This document shows positions 30,513 through 41,737 of a stretch of 64,000 nucleotides of DNA, piece by piece. Each line of letters starts with the position of its first letter. Positions within the stretch are counted from its first letter, which is position 1. A model generated the notes under the pieces. That model was not told the origin of the DNA, did no database searches, and was given only the letters and a program-made list of their open reading frames with translations. The stretch lies in IMG/VR virus record IMGVR_UViG_3300001765_000034, positions 1-64,000 of that record; one strand, written 5' to 3'. This stretch comes from a virus. Taxonomy: Duplodnaviria > Caudoviricetes. The translations under genes and the position numbers were made by a program.

Positions 30513-32012
30513 TTATTTTATTTTGTTCATCAAATCTTTCATTCTCTTGAACTGAGGATTTTCGTAAGCCTTAGCTTCGGATAATACTTCAGTTGAAGAT
30601 GATGTCTTAGTTGATGTAACCTTTTCAACCACTGATTCAGCAATCGGTTTAGTTGTTTCGAGTTCTGTTCTAATTGTATTGAAAAGTTGTTTTGATTCTG
30701 TTATTGTCGAAATTGAATCGAATCTTTTTAAAATATTCAATTTTTCTTGTTTTGTTGTTGAATGTTCTGTGAACAAACGAGTAGAGTGTGCTAAGTTAGC
30801 GTTGAATAAAGCAACTTCGTTAAGTTTGTCTTTGAAAAGTAAAAGGGCTTTTTTGTATTCACCATTTTGTTTTCTTAAAGTTTCAACTTCTTCATTTATT
30901 GTTGATCCTGCTTTGAAAACTTTTTTGGATTTAATACCAGTACGTCCTTGACCTTCTGGTGCTCCTTTGTCTCCATGAGGATTCCACTTAGTCCTTGCGG
31001 CTTCAGTAGCTTCAACTTTATTATCACCACATTCTTCACATTCTTCCATTCCTTCTTTAGGTTCCTTCATAACTGGGTTACCAGTACCTTTAACGGGAGT
31101 ACCGCTAAATTTTTCTGCTTGAGTTGTTTTGGTTCCGCCTTTACCCGGTTCTTTAGTTTCCGCAGGTTTTGTTCCTTTAACAGGAGTTCCTTCGAATTTT
31201 TCAGCCTGAGTTGTTTTGGTTCCACCTTTACCCGGTTCTTTTGTTACAGGATTACCAGTTCCAGGAACAGGAGTTCCAGGTCTTTTGGTTCCTTCTTGTT
31301 CATTTGCTTGAAGTTTTTTCACTCCTTTACCCACTTGGGCTTCGGATTTCTTTTGGAAAGGATTGTTGTCCCCAACTGTATTGGTTACATTAACGGCTTC
31401 TTTTGGCTCACTTTTTTTAGCTTTTGCTTTTTGTGTGAAAGGTTGATCTTCATCTTCCTCGTCGAGCTCGATTTCGTAAACTGTTTCATCTTCATTAAGA
31501 CCTTCAGGAAGTTCTGGTTCATCCTCTGGGATTTCAGGACTTTCTTCATCGTCGTCTAACTTAATGATATAGTCGTTACCTGCGTCTGAGAACTGAACTG
31601 TGTTTCCGTCTTTTTTTACAACAATTCCGTCTTCAGGTTTCATAGCTTTGAAAACTTTCAAAACTTCGGCTTCTGAAGCGTTAGTCATATCAAGAACGTC
31701 ATCGTCAGAGTCACCATCACCACCTAAACCATCAAGGTCATTAGGAAGTTCAGCTTCAGGTTCATCCTCAAGTTCAGGTTCGTCGAGTTTCGGCTCGTCG
31801 TTTATCGAAGTGTCATCATCATCATCGGGTGCTTCCACACCGTCAACATCTTGTGCTTCTTCTTCAGGATCTTCATCCTCTTGTTCTCTTAGCAAATCGT
31901 TTAGCTCTTGTTTCATAGTTGAAGCAAGTATGCCCTTTGCGTTCGCTTTAACAGCTTCTTCGAGTGTCTCTACTTGAAGCAATGCCTTTTCTAAAATTGA
32001 TTTTTCAGCCAT
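30513..32012 (-). CDS. Prohead core scaffolding protein (gp22-like position)
   Basis: Acidic, low-complexity, coiled-coil C-terminus; lies between protease and capsid genes. Confidence 0.75.
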   Translation of the reverse strand: MAEKSILEKALLQVETLEEAVKANAKGILASTMKQELNDLLREQEDEDPEEEAQDVDGVEAPDDDDDTSINDEPKLDEPELEDEPEAELPNDLDGLGGDGDSDDDVLDMTNASEAEVLKVFKAMKPEDGIVVKKDGNTVQFSDAGNDYIIKLDDDEESPEIPEDEPELPEGLNEDETVYEIELDEEDEDQPFTQKAKAKKSEPKEAVNVTNTVGDNNPFQKKSEAQVGKGVKKLQANEQEGTKRPGTPVPGTGNPVTKEPGKGGTKTTQAEKFEGTPVKGTKPAETKEPGKGGTKTTQAEKFSGTPVKGTGNPVMKEPKEGMEECEECGDNKVEATEAARTKWNPHGDKGAPEGQGRTGIKSKKVFKAGSTINEEVETLRKQNGEYKKALLLFKDKLNEVALFNANLAHSTRLFTEHSTTKQEKLNILKRFDSISTITESKQLFNTIRTELETTKPIAESVVEKVTSTKTSSSTEVLSEAKAYENPQFKRMKDLMNKIK

Positions 32013-32092
32013 TTTTGTTTCCTTTTGTTTTTATAAATATTCCATTATTATTAAAAGTTTATCTTTATGCACTTAAAAACATAAATTTTTTC

Positions 32093-32788
32093 TTATTTTG
32101 AAAGAAAATTATCCAAATTATACATTAATTGAGATGTTCGATTATTATTTTTGGGTTCTTCCTCTTTCACAGATTCTTCGTAATTTACTCTATCTTCTAA
32201 ATCACTGAACACGTACGCGCCAGGAGTTGACGGTGACGATACTAAGTCAAAGCACACTAATTCAAAGTCTTCTTGAACAATATTGTACCCCTTGACATTT
32301 TTTAATGACCCAACACCACGAGATGAAATCCCCAATGTTGCACCATTCATTAATAAATTTGCGGCTTGATCGCCTTTACAACTGATAATTCCAGCTTTTT
32401 TCCATCCAGGAGATGTGAAAATTTTAATTTTTCCGAGTAAGGCGTTTCCTTCCCACCACGTTTCAATAATTGAATGTGAAACTCTATCTAAATCGATAAG
32501 GGAAGATGTTGGGTGGTTGAGTTCATTCAACGCAGACCCGTTTTTAATAAGGATTTGGTATTTGTCGTTTTCCCGTCTTAAAATTGGTTCGGGATAAATT
32601 CTACCATTCTTATTTGGAGTGTCATATTTTTGTAGGACGGCGTACAGAATAAGATCATTCATAAAATCCATATTCCGCATCTCTGCGAGGATCTGTTGAT
32701 TTTTAAGATCTAAAGGGGATATGTGACCAGAATCATATTCTATCAAATATCCCCGTACACCAAAATCGTTTTTACCTAATACCTTCAT
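32093..32788 (-). CDS. gp21: Prohead core protease, T4 gp21-like
   Basis: NKNGRIYP, ELNHP, GISSRGVGSL and FDLVSSPSTPGAY motifs. Confidence 0.92.
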   Translation of the reverse strand: MKVLGKNDFGVRGYLIEYDSGHISPLDLKNQQILAEMRNMDFMNDLILYAVLQKYDTPNKNGRIYPEPILRRENDKYQILIKNGSALNELNHPTSSLIDLDRVSHSIIETWWEGNALLGKIKIFTSPGWKKAGIISCKGDQAANLLMNGATLGISSRGVGSLKNVKGYNIVQEDFELVCFDLVSSPSTPGAYVFSDLEDRVNYEESVKEEEPKNNNRTSQLMYNLDNFLSK

Positions 32789-32822
32789 TTATAGTTTAAC
32801 TATAAATATATAGGTATTAGAA

Positions 32823-33248
32823 CTATTTTTTACTTTTATTAAAATTAAACAACTTTTTGTTATCTAAATCGAAATTTAAAATATCATCGCACAATTTTTC
32901 CATCAGATTTTTAACTTCATCTGAACGTATATCAAAAGGTTTTTCTGTAAAAAAAGTGATTTCGAGATTTAGAAAGGATTTTTTTCCAAGTTTAATACCC
33001 TTTGTCCTAATATCCAGATCGACAATGGATTCTTTTTTAAAAAACTCAGATTGTAAATTACTTATACGTAATTTTATTTTTCTTTTGGATTTTGATATAA
33101 TAGAATCAAACTCATCTTCATCATTTTCGGGTTCCAACCACGAGTTCAATTTTAGATATATCGTTTTTAAATTTTTGTGGTCAACGGTTCCATATCCAAC
33201 TTTCACATTGTTGTAATATCCCAAGGTAATAAATTTCCCTGTTTTCAT
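32823..33248 (-). CDS. Hypothetical protein
   Basis: 141 aa ORF in the head module. Confidence 0.65.
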   Translation of the reverse strand: MKTGKFITLGYYNNVKVGYGTVDHKNLKTIYLKLNSWLEPENDEDEFDSIISKSKRKIKLRISNLQSEFFKKESIVDLDIRTKGIKLGKKSFLNLEITFFTEKPFDIRSDEVKNLMEKLCDDILNFDLDNKKLFNFNKSKK

Positions 33249-33331
33249 TCAAATTCATCATAATATATAATTTTTATGGTGTTATATAAAATATATGAAA
33301 AAGAATCCATAAATCCAAAAAAAAAACGGAC

Positions 33332-34066
33332 TTAAAGTCCGTTTTTCAATTGTTGTAGTTTGTAGTAATTGTATTTGGTTGGTTTTAACTCCTCTGATTC
33401 CTTTTGTACAGAATTTAGTTTAGATTTTAATTCACTATTGTCTTGACATTCGGTTATCATTTTATCGAGTTTTAATGTTACCTCTTCTTTTAACGATTTA
33501 AAATTATTTTCCAGATCGTTAAGGGACATTGTAAGTATCTCTGATAATTTTGTCTTATCTTCTTCGCTCAACATTTGATCAAAATTATTATTAAACCTAT
33601 CAACTAACACAAAATTTAACAAATTTTCATTACTGGTAAATTTGTTAGTAGATTCATTAATTTCTTTTTCCTTTGTTAAGTGTTCAATTAATTTTTTTCT
33701 AGCTGAGATTTTCTTATCAATATTCTTAAAAGTGTCATCTTCTGAGAGAATATCTAAATAATTGTAAACTTCAACTTCATTAACTTCAGCTTTCGGTAGA
33801 CGTTTGGTAATAGATTTACAAAATTCCTCAACTTTTTTAGATTTATCTTTTAACAACCTCTCAAAACTTTCAACAAAAATTTCGGGATGGTCTTCAGTTT
33901 TAAGGTACATACCTTCAATTTCTTCATAAAACAGATATAGTTCTCTAAAATCTTTATTTTCTTTAAGAATTTTTAAGATATCTTTTACTTTGTTCTTATC
34001 ACCAGCTATATACGATTCAGCTAAGTTGTGTAAGATGTTAACTTTTAATGCTCCAATTTTACTCAT
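33332..34066 (-). CDS. Hypothetical helical head-module protein
   Basis: 244 aa ORF overlapping the portal stop. Confidence 0.65.
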   Translation of the reverse strand: MSKIGALKVNILHNLAESYIAGDKNKVKDILKILKENKDFRELYLFYEEIEGMYLKTEDHPEIFVESFERLLKDKSKKVEEFCKSITKRLPKAEVNEVEVYNYLDILSEDDTFKNIDKKISARKKLIEHLTKEKEINESTNKFTSNENLLNFVLVDRFNNNFDQMLSEEDKTKLSEILTMSLNDLENNFKSLKEEVTLKLDKMITECQDNSELKSKLNSVQKESEELKPTKYNYYKLQQLKNGL

Positions 34067-35981
34067 CGGTATGTTCTTTTGTTATTTCAGTTATTACTCT
34101 TTCTATTTCATAAATATTGTTCTGTGCCTTTTCGGTGTCAAATAAATCATTTAAACTAATATCCTCATTTAACATAGATAAAATTTTAGATTTGTTTGAT
34201 GTACTTGCGAATGTTCTTTCCTGTTCTGATAATGGAGCTGCAGGTGCTTCACCACCCAACGGTGGAGCTCCCGCTCCTTCTAATGGGGCACCTAAATCCC
34301 CGCCAGCAGGACTTGCTCCGCCTCCGCCACCACCACCGGATATTCCGCCAGCCATCTGGTCACCGCCAGCTGCTCCACCACCTTGTGCAAGAGCATCCTC
34401 AATTCTTTTTCTTTCTTCTTCAGGAATTCCGTATTTCTTATCAACATCATCAAATACACCTGTACGTCTGATAATTTGTGCGGTTCCCATTAATTCAGCA
34501 CCAATTGCACGTTCCATTCTTTGTTGTTGTAAGTCTAATATTACTTCATTGTCACTCATACCTAAAATATTTTTCTTAGCCCATGTGTGAGATACCGGAA
34601 GAATACCCATTTGAGATTGGTCGGATGTTGCATCCTTATACATTGTAATTTTTTCTTTCCAAGATTCAATTTTCAATAAATCAGACTGACCCGATGGATT
34701 CGTCATCATTAAGGTAAAATTGTTTAATTCATCTTCCATTCCCAAAAGAAATAGATGAACCAATGCGATTTTATTTAATTCCTGAATGATTGATTGTTGA
34801 ATTCTGTTGATTGTTCTAGCAAAACGAATATCAAGTAACGCTAAACCCTTACCATTACCCAATACATCTTCGAATCCTAAGAAAGCTTTCGGAATTCTAA
34901 GGGCTGCTAACATTTTCTTTTGGATGTATTCAATATCAGCAATTTCCCCCAAATTTTGTGCTCCGGGTAACGTCTCTATTGGACTACTTTGAGAAATATC
35001 ACGCATTGGTATAAAATAATCTTGGTCAACAGCCATTTGATTATATCTCATATCAACCTGTCCATTTTTTTGGTCAACAACTTGATCTCTTTTAAATTTA
35101 TTTGCTATTCTTTGTACATACGGTTCAATATCTTTATCATCCATATTTCCAACAAACACTTTGAACACCCTTCTTTCAGGGGCTCTGGATGTTCTATAAA
35201 TCAACATTGCATCTTCAGCAAGAAGTAATTGTTTCCAAATACGTCTGATTTTATCCAACATAGATGTTCCATAAGGAAGTTTTCTGTCATCGCCGAGAAT
35301 TCTAAAATGGGCAATTTCCCATGCTTGGAATTCCATATCTTTATTATTCCATGTAAATCGCAGTTCTCTAGTTGGAAACTTACTACCCACCCTATCACTT
35401 TGATTTGGACTAGATTGTCTAGCTCCTTCTAACCTTTGTATTTCAATGTTAGGTAATTGTTGACACCCTATAATTCCTTTATCAGCATCAATTTTTAAAT
35501 AAACAAAGTTATCACCGTACTTACACATCCCTCTAGTCCACATTTGTAAGTTGGTGTTTACGTCTAACACATTATAAAACAGGTCATCTAACATTGATTT
35601 GATTCGCTTTGAATCAGAGTGTATCGTTAAAATCTGTCCTTTTTCTGATTTAGTTGTGGATTCTTCAGCATAGATATCGAGTGCTGCGGAAACTTCCGGG
35701 GTGAATTCCATACTTTCATAATCATAATAAGCTGATAGTCTATTTGGTTCATAGTAAACCGATTGATTATATAGTGACATATCGAGTTTCGACCATTTGT
35801 CAGCAATATATTGGGTTTGCTTAGCTTGTAGTAATGCCTTTTCGTACTCTTCTTTACTGTCTGTTTTTAATATTTCATCTTTTGAAAACTCAAACGATGG
35901 TGGTGGGGGTGATATAGTATTCCCTTGAAAACCGAAAGTTTTTGTTAATCGTTGAAATATCGTCATTTGTTCTTTTGCCAT
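34059..35981 (-). CDS. gp20: Portal protein, T4 gp20-like
   Basis: YESMEFTPEVSAALDIYAEE, EDAMLIYRTSRAPERRVF, DYFIPMR and IETLPGAQNLGEIADIEY motifs. Confidence 0.93.
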   Translation of the reverse strand: MAKEQMTIFQRLTKTFGFQGNTISPPPPSFEFSKDEILKTDSKEEYEKALLQAKQTQYIADKWSKLDMSLYNQSVYYEPNRLSAYYDYESMEFTPEVSAALDIYAEESTTKSEKGQILTIHSDSKRIKSMLDDLFYNVLDVNTNLQMWTRGMCKYGDNFVYLKIDADKGIIGCQQLPNIEIQRLEGARQSSPNQSDRVGSKFPTRELRFTWNNKDMEFQAWEIAHFRILGDDRKLPYGTSMLDKIRRIWKQLLLAEDAMLIYRTSRAPERRVFKVFVGNMDDKDIEPYVQRIANKFKRDQVVDQKNGQVDMRYNQMAVDQDYFIPMRDISQSSPIETLPGAQNLGEIADIEYIQKKMLAALRIPKAFLGFEDVLGNGKGLALLDIRFARTINRIQQSIIQELNKIALVHLFLLGMEDELNNFTLMMTNPSGQSDLLKIESWKEKITMYKDATSDQSQMGILPVSHTWAKKNILGMSDNEVILDLQQQRMERAIGAELMGTAQIIRRTGVFDDVDKKYGIPEEERKRIEDALAQGGGAAGGDQMAGGISGGGGGGGASPAGGDLGAPLEGAGAPPLGGEAPAAPLSEQERTFASTSNKSKILSMLNEDISLNDLFDTEKAQNNIYEIERVITEITKEHTDE

Positions 35982-36031
35982 ACCTATAAATATTGTTTAT
36001 AATGTAAAGATTTTTTTTTTATAATTGAAGC

Positions 36032-37834
36032 TTATTTGTTTTTATTTATACCTTTAAATAACCACGAATATGTCTCATATTGTTGTTTTTTAGTTATTAA
36101 TTCTTGACTTCTAAATAACGGATTACCTTCAATAGGTTGCCCATCCATTGTCATAGACCCCATTGGGTCGAATGCCCTACCATAAGAATAAAATGATTTA
36201 TTGGGTTCATATGTTCTCTCAGAAATCATCCAAGACTCAATCATCGCTTTATTAACAGAGTCAACCCTTTGAAGTTGTCCAAAACTAACATCTGCAATGT
36301 ATAGGGCGATAGCCATACTCATAATAGCGTCGTCGTGAGTTCCTTTCATATGGTCAGGTCTTCCGTTAATATACACGAATGTGTTTAACTCATTCACCAC
36401 CCTCTGAGACCTAACAATAAATCCATGTCGTAATTGTTCCTCGAAAGCTGCAACAATTTGGGTACGTTTATTATTAAAGTTAATTCCCGGAATTTTTTCC
36501 ATCGCTTTACTATTGTACTCCCAAACATTTTGAGTATTAATTCCTTCAATGTACATATTTTTATATCCCATCTCTTGGAATTTCCTTGCCGTAGCAATTC
36601 CCATACCACCCGTTATATCAATCCCAACAAATGCTTTATATAATACCGCCCATCGATAGGCAACGGAAGCTAAATCATCTGGCGGAATTTTTCCTACATA
36701 TTCAAGAACTTGTTCTCGTTCATCAAAGTCAATTATACAAATGCCTGAAAAGTCTTCACTATCTCCTCTAGAAACATCAATCCCCATTACATAACGGTGT
36801 CCCTCAATAGGATCCTTCCAATGCCAAAGAGTACCACTCATCAGTTTTTCCGTTGGGGCTTTTATCATATTTTTGACGATATTTTCTCTTGTTTCGTAAG
36901 GAATTACACTATCGCCAGATCCTAAAAAGTCACATTCTATCTCCTGAGCAATTTTTCTTGGATCATATTTAAGTTTCTTTGACATTCCTTCAAACCATGG
37001 AGAATATGGCTTATAACCCGCATCAATCGTTTTTTGATAATCTTTCATCGGGATATTACGTAATATGAAATCTTCATTTTCGTTTTCATATAATTCACGG
37101 TTCAACATATAATGAACCATATCTCTTGTTTTAATCCAAATTAAATCTTTTGAATATCTCGGATCTTTGTACCATTGTAAATCACTAATATGGAAATTGT
37201 TAATACCTTTTATTGCTTGGTCAAATACTGTGTAATATATTGGATCAAAACCGTTTGGTGTTGAAATAAGAATAATTTTACCACCTGTTGAAAGGGATGC
37301 CATAGAAGCTGCCCAGAAATCATCTCCAGCTTCAATATATGCGGCCTCATCAAATATAAGAATAGTTGGTGTATAACCCCTTAAAGCATCTTTAGATGTT
37401 GCAACAGCTTTAACTTCACAACCATTATTTAATCTGAATCTACTTTCTGAGTTCTTATCCGGACTAAATCCGACATTCATCCAATCCGGCCACTGCGATA
37501 AGAATCCACGAATTTTATTTGCCATTTCAATCGCGGTGTCTCGTTTATTCGCAACGATAAGGATTTTTTCAGGACTTTCTCTTTTTGCAGTTTGTAGTAC
37601 TTTTGATATCCATGCGGCGGTTACGGTTGTTACACCGGCCTGACGATATTTTCTGGTAATATTTTCATTAAAATTTTCATAATCGCTTAACAATTGTATT
37701 TGATCAGGAAAAAGATCTAACGGAACATTACGACCCTGGGTATTATCAAATGTTTGTAAGTATGTTCGAAGAGCATACGGTGTGTCTTTAATAATTTTAG
37801 CGTATTCTTTTAATTGTTCTATATTTGATGCCAT
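36032..37834 (-). CDS. gp17: Terminase large subunit
   Basis: KYRQAGVTT Walker A variant, LIFDEAA Walker B, ISTPNG, YVMGIDVSRG RNase-H motif, HDDAIMS. Confidence 0.93.
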   Translation of the reverse strand: MASNIEQLKEYAKIIKDTPYALRTYLQTFDNTQGRNVPLDLFPDQIQLLSDYENFNENITRKYRQAGVTTVTAAWISKVLQTAKRESPEKILIVANKRDTAIEMANKIRGFLSQWPDWMNVGFSPDKNSESRFRLNNGCEVKAVATSKDALRGYTPTILIFDEAAYIEAGDDFWAASMASLSTGGKIILISTPNGFDPIYYTVFDQAIKGINNFHISDLQWYKDPRYSKDLIWIKTRDMVHYMLNRELYENENEDFILRNIPMKDYQKTIDAGYKPYSPWFEGMSKKLKYDPRKIAQEIECDFLGSGDSVIPYETRENIVKNMIKAPTEKLMSGTLWHWKDPIEGHRYVMGIDVSRGDSEDFSGICIIDFDEREQVLEYVGKIPPDDLASVAYRWAVLYKAFVGIDITGGMGIATARKFQEMGYKNMYIEGINTQNVWEYNSKAMEKIPGINFNNKRTQIVAAFEEQLRHGFIVRSQRVVNELNTFVYINGRPDHMKGTHDDAIMSMAIALYIADVSFGQLQRVDSVNKAMIESWMISERTYEPNKSFYSYGRAFDPMGSMTMDGQPIEGNPLFRSQELITKKQQYETYSWLFKGINKNK

Positions 37835-37893
37835 ACCTATAAATACAAAAAAAGACGGAAATATCCGTCTTTATGTCAGTTTGATTAGAACAA

Positions 37894-39399
37894 CTATCCT
37901 CGATTACCTTGTTTACGGTCAATCATTTGTTGAATTTTCTGTGCAAGTTCCCAATTTTCATCATCAATTGCTTTATTCATTTCATAGTTCAATTGATTAA
38001 GTCCCATGCTAGCAAGTTTCTTATCATCAACTTGTCCGCCTTGTGGGGCTTGAGCTTGAGGAATGTTACCTTCTGGTTCTTTTGATGATTTAATTCCTAA
38101 ATTTTGTAGGAAATCGTTAAGTTCGTTGTCATCAGTTTCTTCTGCAGCCTCTTCAATTTCTGTGTGTAACTCAGTTACATCAGGTTCGTTTTCTTCGTTA
38201 AAAGAAGCTTTTACACCGTTCATTAAATGAGCCATCATACTTTTCCCTCTTGGGGTTCCTGAAAGAATTTCTTTTACGAAAACTAAGAAATCTTTAGCTT
38301 TTAGTTTGAAAATTGCAACTAATAAGAAATTCTGTAAATGTCTTTGATTTTCATCAAGTAAAATTTCTTCAGGGAATTGTGCTCGGATTCGATTCCATAT
38401 TGATGGACCTAATCTTATATCCCATATTTCTTTTTCTAATGTATCTTCAGACATTCCAACTTCGATTCCCCCAACTTCAGGTTCTCCGTGGATGGCTAAA
38501 AGTTCCATAACGCCTTTAATGAGTTCGTGAACTAAAACAGGGAAAGTAACTCCACGAGCAATAATTGTAGGAGGATCAGTGTTTCTATCAACTTCTTCTT
38601 TTCCTGCCATAGATTGACCTCCACCACCCATTGCCATATCTAAAGATTGGTCGGGTAACTGCCAATATAATGAATCGTTAACAGACATCATTATGCCATA
38701 ATTTCTAATAAGGTCATCTGATCCTGTGATTTGTGCAATTCTGTCAGCCGCGTAATGGTACATATAATAACCTTTCATTGCTGAACCTTGAATAATACTG
38801 TTAATTAATCTTCTCTTTGCTTTTTCTAAATTAAGATGTTCAAGTTCACCCGCAATTTCAACTTCATTGTTGAGATTCATTTCTTCGTCTCCACCTTCTG
38901 GTTGTTCTGGCTGTTCTGGTTGTTCTTCGTCTCTATTCATTCCACCCATATCCATTTCACCTATTCCAACAATTTTTGCATCAAACTGGAAATCTCCCTC
39001 TTGGATACCCATTTCTTTTGTAACTAGCTCGATAGCTAAGTTTTCAAGTTCTTCTCTATGTGCTCTTTCTGTTTGTATAATTCTTTGTAACGATTCACCC
39101 GCTGTTCGCATCAATGGCATTAAACCACGTTCTGCTTTTAATGATATTGGACGACCTAAATATTCTGAAACTTTTTGGATAACATCTCTGTATCTTTCGG
39201 ATGCTAGAAGTTCTTGAAAATTTGATTCAGGTCCTTCAGCCTCTGGTTCAGGAAACTCTACTTTATCAAATGGTGTATTACCTTGTGATAATTTATCGGT
39301 TACATCTGGATGTGGTTCGTTCTCAGGGGGTAGATCCATTGGCATTTCTCTGAGATTTTTTTTAACTGATTCCCTTAAACTTTTATTAGTAATTTTCAT
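37894..39399 (-). CDS. Hypothetical protein with C-terminal UVR-like motif
   Basis: C-terminal LNQLNYEMNKAIDDENWELAQKIQQMI fits the uvrB/uvrC coiled-coil motif. Confidence 0.65.
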   Translation of the reverse strand: MKITNKSLRESVKKNLREMPMDLPPENEPHPDVTDKLSQGNTPFDKVEFPEPEAEGPESNFQELLASERYRDVIQKVSEYLGRPISLKAERGLMPLMRTAGESLQRIIQTERAHREELENLAIELVTKEMGIQEGDFQFDAKIVGIGEMDMGGMNRDEEQPEQPEQPEGGDEEMNLNNEVEIAGELEHLNLEKAKRRLINSIIQGSAMKGYYMYHYAADRIAQITGSDDLIRNYGIMMSVNDSLYWQLPDQSLDMAMGGGGQSMAGKEEVDRNTDPPTIIARGVTFPVLVHELIKGVMELLAIHGEPEVGGIEVGMSEDTLEKEIWDIRLGPSIWNRIRAQFPEEILLDENQRHLQNFLLVAIFKLKAKDFLVFVKEILSGTPRGKSMMAHLMNGVKASFNEENEPDVTELHTEIEEAAEETDDNELNDFLQNLGIKSSKEPEGNIPQAQAPQGGQVDDKKLASMGLNQLNYEMNKAIDDENWELAQKIQQMIDRKQGNRG

Positions 39400-39402
39400 A
39401 GA

Positions 39403-40104
39403 TTATTTTTTTTCTGCTTTTGGTGCTGGGTTTATACCTGGTCCTGGATGTAACGGATTTCTCTTCTTTTCTCTATCAGGATTCCCCGGTCTAGTTGTTG
39501 GTTTTATAGTCGGTTCAGCTGGAGCAGGTGCTCCTGCACTATGAATTGCGTCGTAGGTTAAGAATTTAGGAAGACTTGCTTTAGTTTTAGCTTTAGGTTC
39601 AGCAACATCAGTCTCCTGTTCATTTAATTTCTTATTAATAAGACTTAAAATTTCCGTTTTAGTTGTAAACGGATGAACATTCTTACCAACTAGGTGGTTA
39701 ACCCATTCATTTAATCCAACAGTACTGAATTCACCCATTTTTGACTTAGGAGCTTTTTCACCCATCCTTCTAAGAAGTTCTTTAAGATTTTCTATCTTAG
39801 TTTTATCGGTCTCATGTTCCATTTTGAATTTAATTTTTTTAATGAAATGTGCTTTACTGTTTTCACTATCATTATCTTCTTCTTTCATTTCGCCTTCATA
39901 TGTCGCAAATGGTTTCTTTTGTTGTTTCAAGACATTTTGTGTTGTAATGTCAGTACGTGAAACGTTTGTCACGGGTTGTACTGGTGATTGTTCATTAAGA
40001 ACCCTATCAGCCATTAATTTCAGTTCTTTGTCACTCATTGTAGCGAGTGTCTTTACTGAGAACCCCTCTTTAATTAATTTTGATACTAATTCTTTTCTTT
40101 TCAT
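39403..40104 (-). CDS. Hypothetical protein, probable head-associated
   Basis: 233 aa; several (L/I)xE motifs; Pro-rich C-terminus. Confidence 0.65.
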   Translation of the reverse strand: MKRKELVSKLIKEGFSVKTLATMSDKELKLMADRVLNEQSPVQPVTNVSRTDITTQNVLKQQKKPFATYEGEMKEEDNDSENSKAHFIKKIKFKMEHETDKTKIENLKELLRRMGEKAPKSKMGEFSTVGLNEWVNHLVGKNVHPFTTKTEILSLINKKLNEQETDVAEPKAKTKASLPKFLTYDAIHSAGAPAPAEPTIKPTTRPGNPDREKKRNPLHPGPGINPAPKAEKK

Positions 40105-40505
40105 TTACGTAATTTATATTGAATTTCATCATTTATTAACCTAAGCCCTTTTGTCATTAATTTCTCGGTCACACTTTCTAGGGTGTCACCATAATGGAAA
40201 GATATTCTAATTGGCCTCTCCTCCGATTCTTTATCAAATGGTTCCCATCCCAAAGCTACAATACCATCAGCCGCATCTACTACTCCAAAGTAATCAGAAT
40301 TTTGAACTAAATCAAGTTCTAAATCTGAATTCTTTAATAGACCCACAATGTCAATATTTTTAAGTTCTGGTGGTACTGATTTTCCTGATGAAGGAATTTC
40401 ATACCAATCATCTTCCATTACGTCGTTTTGTTTGCTAAAAATAAACTCGTATTGTCGTTGACCTTTATAGTCTCGTCCAAGTTCGTTAATGTAAACTAAA
40501 AACAT
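40101..40505 (-). CDS. Hypothetical protein
   Basis: 134 aa ORF in operon. Confidence 0.65.
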   Translation of the reverse strand: MFLVYINELGRDYKGQRQYEFIFSKQNDVMEDDWYEIPSSGKSVPPELKNIDIVGLLKNSDLELDLVQNSDYFGVVDAADGIVALGWEPFDKESEERPIRISFHYGDTLESVTEKLMTKGLRLINDEIQYKLRK

Positions 40506-41737
40506 TATTCAAAATATTTTCCTAATGTTGCTTTAACACTATTATTAACCATATTGGTTAACTCATCCAAATCAAGTTCCCTCACATCATCATTTTTGTT
40601 TGTATCACCCATTCCTTGATCTGAAGACGATAATGGAAGTTCTTCTTCTAAATCGGTCTCATCATCGGCATATTTATCTTTATCAAACACATCGTCACCA
40701 AATGAATCATTGCCGAATTCATCATTAGTATTTTCACCAGACTCATCATCACTGTATATTGGAAAACTATCAATTTCAGATTTGTCAAATTTAACGCTAT
40801 CGGTGTTAATACCTTGATCTTTCATTGCCACGTTTTTAGCTCGTTTAACATCATCGTTGTTTAAAAAAGAATCATCAAATCCTTTCAACGCTTCGTCTTC
40901 GTCTTCATCATCAAACTCGTCGAACTCATCTAAAGGTGTGTTTATTAATTCGTCTAAAGACGCAACACCATCCATTTCAGATGCTTCAACAGGTTCAACA
41001 CCGTCTTCCGCAGGTAATGGAGCTTCTCCGGTTGAATCCATTGCGGCTTCATCGTCTTCGAACACCGATATAATTTCTTCGAGATCATCTGGTTCCAATT
41101 TGTCTAAATCGACAGCACTTAAAACTTGTTTGATGATTTCTTTATATTCCGCGCTCTCAAGTTGGTCTTCGTATTTATTAATTTTTTGTTGTAATTTCCC
41201 TGCAAGTTTTTTAAGAACTGACATATAGTCAACCGAATCCTCAGTACCATCGTCAGCCATTTCATCACCGCCTGCAACCGGAGGAATTTCGCCTTCAGGT
41301 TCGACTGGCGCTTCTGCTGGCATCGGTGAAACTGGTTCTTCCGTAGCAGGTGCAACGGGAGGAGCAGCAGGTTTAGATTGTTTCAAAACATATTTGGTAG
41401 CTTCTTTTAAAACCACAGTTTCAGAAACTTCTTGTTCAACAAGAAACTCCATTTTCTTAAAAGCTTCGTTATATGAAGAAAACTTATTCTTGTTTTTCAT
41501 GAATAGGCCGCCTATGTAATCCAAGGAATTTTCATTAAGTCCTTTTTTTACATAGTATCCATCTTTTTCTTTTTGGATTCCGTAAATTCCGGTTTTTCCT
41601 TCTTTAATAACTTCTATTGAACCAGTTTTTGATTCTTTTAGTGAGTTATTGGATTGATAATATGTGAGGTCAAGGATTCGTTTTAATTTTTCATCCCCTT
41701 TTAACTTCTCACTACCTATTGGTTTTAAATCTCCCAT
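40505..41737 (-). CDS. Hypothetical acidic protein, probable prohead core component
   Basis: 410 aa, strongly Asp/Glu-rich C-terminal half. Confidence 0.65.
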   Translation of the reverse strand: MGDLKPIGSEKLKGDEKLKRILDLTYYQSNNSLKESKTGSIEVIKEGKTGIYGIQKEKDGYYVKKGLNENSLDYIGGLFMKNKNKFSSYNEAFKKMEFLVEQEVSETVVLKEATKYVLKQSKPAAPPVAPATEEPVSPMPAEAPVEPEGEIPPVAGGDEMADDGTEDSVDYMSVLKKLAGKLQQKINKYEDQLESAEYKEIIKQVLSAVDLDKLEPDDLEEIISVFEDDEAAMDSTGEAPLPAEDGVEPVEASEMDGVASLDELINTPLDEFDEFDDEDEDEALKGFDDSFLNNDDVKRAKNVAMKDQGINTDSVKFDKSEIDSFPIYSDDESGENTNDEFGNDSFGDDVFDKDKYADDETDLEEELPLSSSDQGMGDTNKNDDVRELDLDELTNMVNNSVKATLGKYFE

